Assembly (NCBI GenBank): GCA_963708075.1
Contig: OY970194.1
Coordinates: 6,176,001-6,240,000 of the forward strand
Direction: 5' to 3'
DNA from: Sedimentisphaerales bacterium
GTDB lineage: Bacteria; Planctomycetota; Phycisphaerae; Sedimentisphaerales; Anaerobacaceae
DNA: 64,000 nucleotides
Below are positions 1 to 10,016 of this stretch, in pieces. A model generated the notes under the pieces. That model had not been told where the DNA came from and searched no databases. It saw only the letters and a list, made by a program, of their open reading frames with translations. Within the stretch, counting starts at the first letter, position 1, and each line of letters begins with the position of its first letter. A program made the position numbers and the translations under genes.

Positions 1-18
1 CTTTTCACACCCCGGGTG

Positions 19-723
19 CTACGCGCCGCTCGCCTGTGCGTCGATGCACGACGGACGACCGGTTGACAACCCGACGGCCAGACTGACGCCGAACATCAGA
101 AGATCCCAGGCCAAGGAGTCATTGCTCAACATGGAATGCCAGGTCGGACCGTAGTTTGGCGCCAGGAACCATGCCAGAAAGCTCAATGCCGACAGGAGGA
201 TCAGTGGCACGGATCCGGTACGTCGCCAATGCGGCTTGGCCAGCGCGCCGATCAGCACGACCACCCACAGAATGACGCAGATTTGAAGAACGCCTCTGCG
301 AACGAATTCGCTGAGCAGAAACTCGCGGGATTCCGGCTCGACGGGGATCTCTGTGCTATCAAGACCGTTGAATCCTGTAAGGATGTCATCACTAAACGTG
401 AGGGCGAACGCGTACCCGCTGGCCGGATGGACATAGCGATACGTTCTTGTCGATGGCTGTGTATCCGAGGTGCTGTCAATCTCAGACAGGCTGCCGAATT
501 GCCTTCTAAACTCATCGATGGAGACTCTCTGGAACAACGCGATCCGGACAAGGTCATCCGCCTCTCGGCCAAGCGCATCAGTGGCCTTGATCCGTGCGTC
601 TCGCTCTCGGAATCGGCTATGTCTCAATTCGTTCAGGCGGGTCTTATAGGCGCCGACCATGACCGGGAGTGTTGCTGTCGCTACTACCAGGATTGTCAGC
701 ACAAATGTATTTTGATTTCGCAT
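19..723 (-). CDS. Hypothetical membrane protein
   Basis: 234 aa ORF with an N-terminal hydrophobic helix and about 3 C-terminal TM segments; no family recognised. Confidence 0.6.
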   Translation of the reverse strand: MRNQNTFVLTILVVATATLPVMVGAYKTRLNELRHSRFRERDARIKATDALGREADDLVRIALFQRVSIDEFRRQFGSLSEIDSTSDTQPSTRTYRYVHPASGYAFALTFSDDILTGFNGLDSTEIPVEPESREFLLSEFVRRGVLQICVILWVVVLIGALAKPHWRRTGSVPLILLSALSFLAWFLAPNYGPTWHSMLSNDSLAWDLLMFGVSLAVGLSTGRPSCIDAQASGA

Positions 724-986
724 CCCAGTCTCTCCTTATATGCAACGCAGACGCCTGTGAATGCCCGATGCCGCAGCCGCAGTTTCCCGTTTGTAATACT
801 CCACAAGTAACATTGTACCACCTTGGGGACCGGGCCACAAGTTCTCTGAACGCCTGTGTTCTGGGTGGTATCATGGGCCGGACCTGCAGGAAACGCACTG
901 TCGCGGAAGTGAGGAGGAAGCTTTGCAAAGTCTCGATGGCGGGTTTAGAATATGGGCGATCTGAGCCGATTGAGTAATAGGACGCC

Positions 987-2120
987 ATGGAAGGCATGAA
1001 TACGTTTACGTACGAGTTTGAGCAGGGCCCGAACGGGCAGGCCCGGCTGGTCCTCAAGGGCAGGCTGGATAAGGATACCGCCGCATCGATCTGGCGGCAG
1101 AGCACGCAGAGCCTGCGCCAAGCCGAATCCGCCTTTCTGGTCGTTCAGGCCGGCGACGTGGAATACTGCGATGGCGCCGGCATCGCTCTGCTCGTAGAGT
1201 ACAAACGGATCCAGGAGCAGAACAAGGGGCGGATCGACATCCAGGGTCTGCGGCCTCAATTTCAGCAGTTGCTGGCCGTGTTCGAGATCGACCGCGTCAT
1301 ACCCCGGCCCTCCGCACCGGGATTTCTGCCGGGTTTCGTTCATTCGCTCGGCGTGCTGGCGGTTCGAATGGGCCGCGACTTCAAGGCCCAGGTGAATTTC
1401 ACGGGGGAGATCTCCGTCAAGCTCGTCAGGACGGTGCAACGTCCGGGCTCTCTTCGCTGGAAGGATATGTTCCTGATGGCCGAAAAGGCGGGAGCGAACG
1501 CGGTGGGCATCACTGCGCTGCTGGGCTTCCTGGTCGGCCTGATCATCGCCTTCCAATCGGCGGCGGCGCTGGAGGCTTTCGGCGCGGAGATCTTCGTGGC
1601 CGACCTGGTGGTCCTCATTCTTCTTCGCGAGCTGGGGCCGTTGATCACGGGCTTCATCCTGGCCAGCCGCAGCGGCTCGGCCTTTGCCGCCGAGATCGGA
1701 ACGATGAAGGTGAACGAGGAAATCGACGCCCTGACCACCATGGCCCTGGACCCGGTGCAGTACCTGGTCCTGCCCCGGATGATTGCGGCAATTCTCGTGA
1801 TGCCGCTCCTGACCGTGTTCAACGAGCTCTTCGGGCTCATCGGCTGCGGAGTGGTCATGGCCTCCTGGAACGTGCCGGTCGGGACGTACCTCGACAGAAT
1901 CAGGGAGGCGGCCACCCTGACGGACCTGTTCGGCGGCCTGGTCAAGACGCTCGTGTTCGGCACGCTGATCGCCGGCCTGGGCTGTCTTCGCGGCCTGCAA
2001 ACGGACACGGGCCCCAGTGCCGTGGGCGATTCCGCGACGCGGGCCGTCGTCAGCGGCATCATCGCAATCATTGTCGCCGACGGCGTCTTTGCCGTGGCAT
2101 ATTACTTCCTGGGGATATAG
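987..2120 (+). CDS. mlaE: MlaE-family ABC permease with N-terminal STAS domain
   Basis: STAS-like N-terminus (DGAGIALL); MlaE motifs RELGPL, GSAFAAEIGTMKVNEEIDAL, VGDSATRAVV. Confidence 0.93.
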   Translation: MEGMNTFTYEFEQGPNGQARLVLKGRLDKDTAASIWRQSTQSLRQAESAFLVVQAGDVEYCDGAGIALLVEYKRIQEQNKGRIDIQGLRPQFQQLLAVFEIDRVIPRPSAPGFLPGFVHSLGVLAVRMGRDFKAQVNFTGEISVKLVRTVQRPGSLRWKDMFLMAEKAGANAVGITALLGFLVGLIIAFQSAAALEAFGAEIFVADLVVLILLRELGPLITGFILASRSGSAFAAEIGTMKVNEEIDALTTMALDPVQYLVLPRMIAAILVMPLLTVFNELFGLIGCGVVMASWNVPVGTYLDRIREAATLTDLFGGLVKTLVFGTLIAGLGCLRGLQTDTGPSAVGDSATRAVVSGIIAIIVADGVFAVAYYFLGI

Positions 2121-2126
2121 CCGGCG

Positions 2127-2897
2127 ATGGTAGCCAACCGTGAACCCATCATTAAGGTAAAAGACCTGACCGCCGGGTACGGCGACACGGTCCTTCTCAA
2201 GGACATCAACTTTGAGGTCTATACCGGCGAGATCTTCGGCATTCTCGGCGGCTCCGGCAGCGGCAAGAGCACCGTGCTCAAGCACATGATCGGCTTGAAG
2301 CCGCCGCTGGGGGGAAGCGTGCTCATCGATGGGACGGATATCGTCACAGCCCAGGGGCAGGAGCAGGTCGATGTGCTCAAGAAGATCGGCGTTTCCTATC
2401 AGAGCGGCGCCCTCTTCGGTTCCCTGAACGCGCTTGAAAACGTCATGATCGTGCTGGAGGAATTCACGGACCTGCCCCACGACGCCATCGAGCTGATCGC
2501 CGAGATGAAGCTGAAGGCCGTCGGGCTGCAGGACGCCGCGTACAAGATGCCCGCGGAGCTGAGCGGCGGCATGAAGAAGCGGGCGGCCATCGCGCGGGCC
2601 CTGGCCATCGATCCGAAGGTCCTGTTTCTCGATGAGCCGTCGGCCGGCCTGGACCCGGTTACCTCGGCCCAGCTCGACCAGCTCATCCTGGACCTGTCGG
2701 AGAGCCTGCACATCACGTTTGTGATCGTCACGCACGAGCTGCCGAGCATTTTCGCCGTCACGGATCGGGTGATCATGCTGGACAAGGAGAGGAAGACGGC
2801 CATTGCCATTGGGGCGCCTGAAGAGCTTCGCGAGAGCGACGACCCGACGGTCTGGCGGTTCTTCAATCGGCAGCCTGCCGAGGTGAAGCGGACCTGA
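2127..2897 (+). CDS. mlaF: MlaF-like ABC ATP-binding protein
   Basis: Walker A GGSGSGKS, signature LSGGMKKR, DEPSAGLDP; follows mlaE. Confidence 0.93.
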   Translation: MVANREPIIKVKDLTAGYGDTVLLKDINFEVYTGEIFGILGGSGSGKSTVLKHMIGLKPPLGGSVLIDGTDIVTAQGQEQVDVLKKIGVSYQSGALFGSLNALENVMIVLEEFTDLPHDAIELIAEMKLKAVGLQDAAYKMPAELSGGMKKRAAIARALAIDPKVLFLDEPSAGLDPVTSAQLDQLILDLSESLHITFVIVTHELPSIFAVTDRVIMLDKERKTAIAIGAPEELRESDDPTVWRFFNRQPAEVKRT

Positions 2898-2936
2898 GTT
2901 TCTGTATGAACTGTGTTTCCTGTTGGATGGATGCAG

Positions 2937-4161
2937 ATGAGCACAAAACCGCATTATTTCCGGATCGGCATTTTTGTGATCTTCGCCGCGGCGCTGATCG
3001 TGATCGCGGTGATCCTGTTCGGGGCCGGGCTGCTCGCCCACGATGAGATGCACTTCGAGAACCTACTTCTCCGAGTCCATCACGGGCCTGACGATCGGCT
3101 CGGTAGTGGAGTTCCGGGGCGTGCGCATCGGGCAGATCGAGAGCATCGGATTCGTGGGCAATACCTACACCCTGTCGAAAGAGAAGGGGGGCATTTCCCA
3201 CTATGCTTCGTACGTTCGAGTGGTCAGTGGGGTGCCCCGGTCGAACCTGCCGGCTTTTGCCGCCGGACAAGTAGAAACCGTCCTGGGCCAAATGGTTGAC
3301 CGCGGCCTTCGCGCCCGCGTCGCGTCAAACCTCCTTACCGGGCAGGCTTATCTTGAGCTGAATTACCTCGATCCGAACCGATTCCCCGTCGAGCCGCTGC
3401 CGTGGGTGCCCAAGTATCTTCGCGTCCCCTCGGCGCCGAGCGAGTTCACCACGATGAAGGATTCCATCGACAGCATCCTGACCGAGCTGCAGGCGATCAA
3501 TGTGGAGGGACTGGCCAGATCGCTCGATGACGTGCTCACCTCGCTCAACAAGGTGATTACGGAGGCCAACGTGGCGGAGCTCAGCCGATACGCTCAGGCG
3601 TTTCTGATCGAGATCCGCGACAAGGCGGCGGCCCTGGAAATGGACAGGATCAACGAGGGAACACAGCAATTCATTGCATCCTTGAACTCGGCGGTCGCCG
3701 ACGCCAACATCCCGCAGTTGAGCCGGCAGGCCCGTGACGTGCTGAGCCACGCGGACCAGCAAATCACAGCGCTGGACCTGGAACGGATCAGGGGAGACAT
3801 CGAGCACCTGCTGGCCTCGCTGGAAGGGGCGGTGGCCGATGCCAATGTCCCTGCGCTGAGCCGGGAGACGCAGGGCCTGATGACGGACCTGCGCGAGACG
3901 AACAAGTACCTCAAGGACTTGCTGGCGCCGCGCGAGGGGGTCACAAGCCCGTCTAATGTTCCGGAGGTCGTGGCCCGGCTGAACCAGACCATAACGCAGT
4001 TGAACAGGATGCTCTCGACCGAGCGGCCGCAGATCGACGCCTTGCTGAACGAATTCCGGCAGATCGCCGAGAACCTGAGGGAATTAGTGGCGGCTCTGCG
4101 GGAGCAGCCGTCAAGCCTGCTCTTCGGCAAGCCGCCGCAGAAATCGGAGGTGTTAAAGTGA
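2937..4161 (+). CDS. mlaD: MlaD/MCE-family substrate-binding protein, split by a +1 frameshift near 3060
   Basis: N-terminal TM (RIGIFVIFAA) in ORF 2913-3299 continues as the MCE domain (TYFSESITGLTIGSVVEFRGVRIG) in ORF 3043-4161; removing one A from gagaacctac restores ...HFETYF... Confidence 0.85.
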
Positions 4162-4784
4162 ATCGTCGAATGAATGTGCTTGTGTATCTCGCGACAATCC
4201 TTTTGGGCATAGTTGTTGGCGGGTGCGGCCAGAGCACGACAACACAGGAGTATTTCATCCTGGAGGCGTCCCGGAAAGCCGCGCCGATTGCGGCTCCCGT
4301 GGACGCGACGCTCGAAATCCGCCGGCTCACCATCAATTCGGCCTTTGCCACGAAGAAGCTGATCTACCGTACCGGCGAGTTTCAGTATGAGCCCGACTTC
4401 TACCGCGAATTCCTGATCTCCCCGGGCCCGATGATCGCGGAGCACACGCGCCGGTGGCTGGCCGACTCGGGGTTATTCACACAGGTCCTGCCGTCAACCA
4501 GCCAGATCACGGCCACGTACACCCTCGAAGGGACCATTTCTGCCCTGTACGGCGATTTCCGCGATGAATCCGCCCCGGTAGCCGTCCTGGAGATTCGCTA
4601 TTTTCTCATCGATCGCAGGACCCCCGACGGCGCGGTCGTCTTCTCGAAGTCTTACCGCGCCACGAGCCCGATCCTGGTCAGAACGGTGCAGGCCCTCATG
4701 GACGCCCTGAGCAAGGACCTCGCCGACATCTTGACCCGCTTGGAAGCCGACCTGCAGAAGGCGCTTGCCGGGGAACTGAAATGA
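4158..4784 (+). CDS. ABC transport auxiliary lipoprotein (PqiC-like)
   Basis: Lipobox-like VGGC after a signal peptide; last gene of the MCE operon with GTGA overlap. Confidence 0.8.
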   Translation: MNRRMNVLVYLATILLGIVVGGCGQSTTTQEYFILEASRKAAPIAAPVDATLEIRRLTINSAFATKKLIYRTGEFQYEPDFYREFLISPGPMIAEHTRRWLADSGLFTQVLPSTSQITATYTLEGTISALYGDFRDESAPVAVLEIRYFLIDRRTPDGAVVFSKSYRATSPILVRTVQALMDALSKDLADILTRLEADLQKALAGELK

Positions 4785-5245
4785 CAGGGGAGTGAGCCCT
4801 CTTGCCATGTCTCTTGCCTGGCTGGCTGCGCTCGACGTCACAGAGCCTCTGCTCGGATCGCCGGCAGACACAATAGCGCCCCATCCCATCCCCAGTCCTG
4901 AATGCTGAAGATTTCTATTGGCGTCGTTGCGAGCACCTTTGTAGGATACCGTCCGACGAGGTTGACTACGAACGCTTACAGAGAGGCATGCAATCTTGAT
5001 GCACATCATGATGGTTTCGCTGTAGGTTCGCGACGGTCGGGCCAGGCCCGACCCCGGATCGGTCCACTATCTGAAAGAGGCGTGTTGTGGATGGCGACGG
5101 AGGCTCGAACGCTATCAGACTGACGGTGCTCTCGCCTGAGCCACCGAGCCGATCGTCGCCGGATGCGGGCGACATCGACCCGGGCGTGCTTACTCCCTGT
5201 CAGCCGGAGAGTCTCCGGTCGCTTGGAGGTCTGTTCAGAGAAGCA

Positions 5246-8200
5246 ATGATGAAGACTCAACGCATGTCTTCTGTTCTCATCGCTATCTGGCTTGGCGTGT
5301 CCGCTATCGCCCAGGGAACGCCCAGCGTGAGTTCCGTTGCCCCCAGCTCCGGCGTGCAGGGGAAAGGCTATACGGTCGTGCTCACCGGGTCCGGGTTTAC
5401 GGGCACCACCATCGTGAGCTTCGGGCCGGGTATCGCAGTCGATGACTTCACCGTGGACAGCGACACGCGGATCACGGCGCAGATGACCATAGCTCAGTCG
5501 GCAGCGACGGGATGGCGGACCGTGACGGTGACGACTGGGGCGGGCCCTGGCAAGCGGTCGAACGGCTTCCGGGTGGACTCCGCGGCACCTCAGATAAGCT
5601 CTGTAATGCCCTCCTCCGGCGTGCAGGCCGAAAGCTGTACGGTCGTACTCACCGGGTCCAATTTCACCGGTGCCACGACGGTCAGCTTCGGGGACGGGAT
5701 CACCGTCAACGACTCTACGGTGGACAACGATACGCAAATCACGCTACAGATAACCATAGGACAGGCGGCGGAGACGGGCTGGCGGACTGTGACAGTAGCG
5801 ACCCCGTCGTTTACCGGCAAGCGGTCGAATGGCTTCCGGGTGGACTCCGGGGCGCCTTTGATAAGCTCCATCGAACCCTCCTTTGGCGAGCAGGCGGAAA
5901 ACTACACAGTGTTGCTCACTGGGTCCAAGTTCACAGGCGCTACAAGCGTGAGCTTCGGGGCGGGAATCACGGTCGATGACTTCACGGTGGACAACGATAC
6001 ACAGATCACGGTACAGGTGACTGTAGGGCAGGCGGCGGCGACAGGCTGGCGAACTGTGACGGTGACGACCTCGCTGTTTACCGGCACGCGGTCGAATGGC
6101 TTTCGCGTGGACTCCGCGGCGCCTTTGATAAGCTCTGTCGATCCCTCCTTTGGCGAGCAGGCGGAAAACTACACAGTGTTGCTCACTGGGTCCAAGTTCA
6201 CAGGTGCTACAAGCGTGAGCTTTGGGGCGGGAATCACGGTCGACGACTTCACGGTGGACAGCGATACACAGATCACGGTACAGGTGACTGTAGGGCAGGC
6301 GGCGGCGACAGGCTGGCGAACTGTGACGGTGACGACCCCGCTGTTTACCGGCACGCGGTCGAACGGCTTTCGCGTGGACTCCGGGGCGCCTCTGATAAGC
6401 TCGGTCGAGCCCTCCTTTGGCGAGCAGGGGGAAAGTTATACGATCTTGCTTGCGGGGTCCAATTTCACAGACGCTGTGAGCGTGACCTTTGGAACCGGCA
6501 TCGACGTCAGCAGCGTCACAGTGAATAGCGATGCGCAGATCACGGTGCAGATAGTCGTAGGGCAGGTGGCGGCGACGGGCTGGCGAACTGTGACGGTGAT
6601 GACTCCCTTGTTCAGCGGCGCGCGATCCAACGGCTTTCGGGTGGACCCCGGCAGTGTCCCTGTTTCTCCTCCGACCGTGTCGACCAGTCCTGCCACCGGC
6701 GTTGAGGACGCCGGTGCGACGCTAAATGGCCAACTCAATGCCGATGGCGGCCAGGCCTGTGAGTACCGGTTCAGGTACAGAAAGTCCGGCGGCGCCTATA
6801 GTTACACCTCGTGGGCGGGATCGGTCACGAGCGGGCAATCCTTCAGCGAAACGCTCAACAGTCTGGAGGCCGGGGCTGCGTACTTCTTTGCCGCCCAGGC
6901 GAGGAATTCGGCCGGAGAGGGCGACTGGGGCGCCGAACTGAGCTTCACTACCGCTGCTCCACCTGTCAAGGCTCCCACTGTGACCACAACAGAGGCCGTG
7001 AATGTCGATTCGACCTCGGCGACGCTATCCGGTTGTGTTGATAGCGACGGTGGTGAGGCCTGCGGGTATCGATTCTCCTACTATCCCCTGCACCTTGGCC
7101 CTGGCGCACAGATGGAAACGGACTGGGAATGCTGTGCCGGCACGGGCCAGGCCTTCACCTGCACAGTCACCGGCTTGACTCCCGCCACACAGTACTGCTT
7201 CGTCGCTGAAGCCAGGAACTCCGCCGGTGCTGCAACGGGCGGACGAGTGAGTTTCACCACGATCAGGGCGCCGGCACTGACCATTTCCTCCACAGCGGGC
7301 GGGGCAGTCGTCGAACCCGGCGAAGGGGTATTCTCATATGCGGGGATAGCTGTGGTCGAGGTGGAAGCGGTGCCGGGCCCTCACTGCAGATTTCAGGGCT
7401 GGACCGGATCGGCTGTGGAGGCAGGCAAGACAGACAACCCGGATGCGGCGACGAACATGGTGACGGTGGATGACTCCTACGCGATCAGGGCGCATTTCGT
7501 CAGCCTGCTCGATGTGATCCACGTGGATGAAGATGCCCGAGACGATCCGGGGCCGAGCGATCCGACTATCAGCGATCCGAACGAGGACGGCACCGAGCAG
7601 CACCCGTTCGATTCAGTCCAGGAGGCAATCGAGGTGGCACGTGACACGGTGCGGGTCCTGGTGCACGAGGGGGTCTATCGGGAAAACGTGGACCTGCTGG
7701 GCAGGAGGATTACGGTCGAGGGCTTATGGCTGACGGACCCGAATGTGCTCACAATGCCGGTGATCGAAGGTGTGGGCGGCGGGCCTGTGCTTCGATTTGC
7801 CAAGGGTGAGAACCTCAACTGTCAATTGGCAGGTCTGGTCATCACGAGTGCCCCGCACATCCGGACTGCGGCGATCGAATGCAAGGGGACCAGTCCCATG
7901 ATCGCACACTGCATTGTCGCCGGCCACCGGGCCGCCGCCGACGGCGGAGCCGCGATGGTGTTTGAGGGCTGTAGCGGCGTCCTGGTCAATTGCACGATCA
8001 CAGGAAATGGGGCTGACGCGGGCGGGGCGGTGATCCGCTGTACCGGGAGCTCCGGCCTGACATTGATCAACTCCATTCTATGGGGCAACACCGGGCCAGT
8101 CCTGCAGGCAAGGGACGGCAAGATGCCCCTCATATCTTACTGCGATCTGCAGGAGGCGGTGGCCGGGATCGGGAACATCAGCGTCAATCCGCTTTTCGCC

Positions 8201-8461
8201 GATGCCGGCGGTTGGGACAGCAAGGGCACTCCTGCCAACGCCGATGACGACGTGTGGATTATGGGCGACTACCATCTGATGACCAGGCGGGGCCGGTTCC
8301 GGCCGGAGTACGGGGTCTGGATCCTCGATGAGGCGGGCAGCCCGTGCATTGATGCGGGCGATCCGAGCTACCCCTGGCTCGCGGAGCCTTGGCCCAACGG
8401 CGAACGAGTCAATATGGGCGCTTATGGCGGGACCTGGCAGGCGAGTTCCTCCAGCCAGTAA
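5246..8461 (+). CDS. Large secreted protein: 5 IPT/TIG-like repeats, 2 FN3-like domains, a bacterial repeat domain and a C-terminal beta-helix (pectin-lyase-like) domain
   Basis: Signal peptide from ATG 5246/5249; five 89-aa repeats; C-terminal DYHL...SPCIDAGDP...NMGAYGGT motif typical of these beta-helix proteins. Confidence 0.8.
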   Translation: MMKTQRMSSVLIAIWLGVSAIAQGTPSVSSVAPSSGVQGKGYTVVLTGSGFTGTTIVSFGPGIAVDDFTVDSDTRITAQMTIAQSAATGWRTVTVTTGAGPGKRSNGFRVDSAAPQISSVMPSSGVQAESCTVVLTGSNFTGATTVSFGDGITVNDSTVDNDTQITLQITIGQAAETGWRTVTVATPSFTGKRSNGFRVDSGAPLISSIEPSFGEQAENYTVLLTGSKFTGATSVSFGAGITVDDFTVDNDTQITVQVTVGQAAATGWRTVTVTTSLFTGTRSNGFRVDSAAPLISSVDPSFGEQAENYTVLLTGSKFTGATSVSFGAGITVDDFTVDSDTQITVQVTVGQAAATGWRTVTVTTPLFTGTRSNGFRVDSGAPLISSVEPSFGEQGESYTILLAGSNFTDAVSVTFGTGIDVSSVTVNSDAQITVQIVVGQVAATGWRTVTVMTPLFSGARSNGFRVDPGSVPVSPPTVSTSPATGVEDAGATLNGQLNADGGQACEYRFRYRKSGGAYSYTSWAGSVTSGQSFSETLNSLEAGAAYFFAAQARNSAGEGDWGAELSFTTAAPPVKAPTVTTTEAVNVDSTSATLSGCVDSDGGEACGYRFSYYPLHLGPGAQMETDWECCAGTGQAFTCTVTGLTPATQYCFVAEARNSAGAATGGRVSFTTIRAPALTISSTAGGAVVEPGEGVFSYAGIAVVEVEAVPGPHCRFQGWTGSAVEAGKTDNPDAATNMVTVDDSYAIRAHFVSLLDVIHVDEDARDDPGPSDPTISDPNEDGTEQHPFDSVQEAIEVARDTVRVLVHEGVYRENVDLLGRRITVEGLWLTDPNVLTMPVIEGVGGGPVLRFAKGENLNCQLAGLVITSAPHIRTAAIECKGTSPMIAHCIVAGHRAAADGGAAMVFEGCSGVLVNCTITGNGADAGGAVIRCTGSSGLTLINSILWGNTGPVLQARDGKMPLISYCDLQEAVAGIGNISVNPLFADAGGWDSKGTPANADDDVWIMGDYHLMTRRGRFRPEYGVWILDEAGSPCIDAGDPSYPWLAEPWPNGERVNMGAYGGTWQASSSSQ
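5321..6655 (+). repeat. Five tandem 267-bp intragenic repeats encoding IPT/TIG-like units
   Basis: Units start at 5321, 5588, 5855, 6122 and 6389; units 3 and 4 are nearly identical in DNA. Confidence 0.92.
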
Positions 8462-8566
8462 TCCCGGCCGGCCCGGTTGCACGCTCGTGAGGAAAGGTGG
8501 GCAATGCTGTGCCCTCGCAGCGCCTTGCGGCTTCTATCTCCAGATAACGTGGGAGAAGGAACTGGC

Positions 8567-9067
8567 TCAGAATACGCCCTCGACGTAATCGTCCTGGTGG
8601 AACATCTCCGCGTTCTCCAGGAAGGTCTCCGGACGGGCCACGAAGCTGCGGATATTGTCCACGATGATCCAATGCTTGTGCTCCTCGGCAGCCAGCTTCC
8701 TGAAAACCTCCTTCTGGGCCGGGTCTTCCACCTCTTCGGCCCTGTCCAGGTAGAACCGCTCGCTCTCCTCTTCGATGTCGCAGGCCTTTCGGTACAGGTC
8801 CGCTTCAGTGATGTTGAAATCGAATTTCCTGCTGGAGCCGCGCATTTTCTCAAAGATCTCTCTGGCATGTGTGAGGATCGGGGTCTCGGAGATCGCGTGG
8901 GGCGCCTCGGCTTCCATATGCTGCACGACGTGATAGTGCTTCACCTCCTCATCGGCCAGCATGGTGAAGATGTTCCTGAGGCCTGCGTAGTTCGTTCTAT
9001 TCGCCAGATCGCGGTAGAACTGCTCGCTGTACTTCTCTTTTTCCAAGGCGAACTGAAAGATATCCAT
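8567..9067 (-). CDS. Ferritin-like/rubrerythrin-family di-iron protein
   Basis: Duplicated E...FY...LAxEExxH pattern (LADEEVKH, LAAEEHKH). Confidence 0.88.
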   Translation of the reverse strand: MDIFQFALEKEKYSEQFYRDLANRTNYAGLRNIFTMLADEEVKHYHVVQHMEAEAPHAISETPILTHAREIFEKMRGSSRKFDFNITEADLYRKACDIEEESERFYLDRAEEVEDPAQKEVFRKLAAEEHKHWIIVDNIRSFVARPETFLENAEMFHQDDYVEGVF

Positions 9068-9258
9068 GAGTCGTCCTTTCTATCGTAGACAGGCTGCTGC
9101 TGGTCGTCCCGGCCGGTCCACGGTCGATCAACGGGGGCCCGCCGGTTGTTTCTACTGCCCCGCGGCCCTCGGGTTCTATGAAAGCGGCCCGTTTCGCGGA
9201 GGAGCACCAGGTCCTATAATAGAGAAAACAGAACGTCTGCATTGCCGGGGGTGCAAAC

Positions 9259-9738
9259 ATGGGCATCAGAAGTATCATCCGACTCATCGTCGCGTGTGCG
9301 GTCAGTCTATCGGCGGGCCTGATTGGCTCACTGGTCGTGGCCGACAGCTTCACGACGTGGTACTCCGCCATTGAAAAACCGGCGTTCATGCCGCCGAACT
9401 GGGTTTTTGGCCCGGTTTGGACGGTCCTGTACCTGCTTATGGGGATCGCCGCATTTCTGGTCTGGCGGAAAGGGCTCCGGGTGCCCGCAGTCCGAGTTGC
9501 CCTGGCGTGGTTCCTTGTCCAACTCGTGCTCAACGCATCGTGGACGCCGGTGTTCTTCGGTCTGCACCGCATAGATATTGCCCTGATCGTGATTGTGCTG
9601 CTCTGGGCGGCCATCGTGACCACCATGGCCTACTGTCTGAGGGTCTCCAGGCCTGCAGCCGTTCTCCTTGTCCCGTACCTCCTCTGGGTGTCCTTTGCGG
9701 CGGTCTTGAATGCCTCGATCTGGTATCTGAATCGCTGA
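9259..9738 (+). CDS. tspO: TspO/MBR tryptophan-rich sensory protein
   Basis: WY...KP...PPNWVFGPVWTVLY, LNASWTPVFF, PYLLWVSFA motifs. Confidence 0.93.
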   Translation: MGIRSIIRLIVACAVSLSAGLIGSLVVADSFTTWYSAIEKPAFMPPNWVFGPVWTVLYLLMGIAAFLVWRKGLRVPAVRVALAWFLVQLVLNASWTPVFFGLHRIDIALIVIVLLWAAIVTTMAYCLRVSRPAAVLLVPYLLWVSFAAVLNASIWYLNR

Positions 9739-9788
9739 GAGATGACAGTGTCCTCTGCGAAAAAATTTTTCTTTGCGAGAAATTGTGC

Positions 9789-9816
9789 TTGACACTCTGC
9801 GAGGCAACTGTATGCT
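9789..9816 (+). promoter_or_regulatory. Sigma70-type promoter upstream of the diadenylate cyclase leader
   Basis: TTGACA (9789-9794), 16 bp spacer, TATGCT (9811-9816). Confidence 0.55.
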
Positions 9817-9950
9817 TTAAGAGGTCTGCTGAAGAGCAGATGGCATCAGCCGATGGTTCGGTGGATGCAACTTTTGCGAACCGGAATCCAGTGAAGGACG
9901 TAAGAGTTTCGACGGGCGCCAATGGGGTGCCCGGAAATTGAGAACACCAC

Positions 9951-10005
9951 AAGCCCCTGCGTAGTCTCGCTTCCTCTCCCTCCGCACCGCAGGGGCTTTG
10001 CTTTT
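9951..10005 (+). terminator. Terminator-like hairpin just upstream of the diadenylate cyclase start
   Basis: AAGCCCCTGCG...CGCAGGGGCTT (11 bp stem, long loop) followed by TGCTTTT. Confidence 0.55.
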
Positions 10006-10016
10006 GGTGCCGGAAT

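Noticed and set aside
945..3053. Long antisense ORFs (945-3053, 18797-21610, 23148-25061, 39225-41135, 51221-52870 and others)
   Set aside because: They are shadows of well-supported genes on the opposite strand, expected at high GC, and show no motifs
9828..9900. Hammerhead ribozyme (CTGAAGA...GAA) or ydaO c-di-AMP riboswitch in the DAC leader
   Set aside because: GAAC instead of GAAA, no convincing stems I and III, and the ydaO consensus blocks were not found
9840..9941. 33-aa leader peptide MASADGSV...
   Set aside because: No clear RBS or regulatory codon run; cannot be supported
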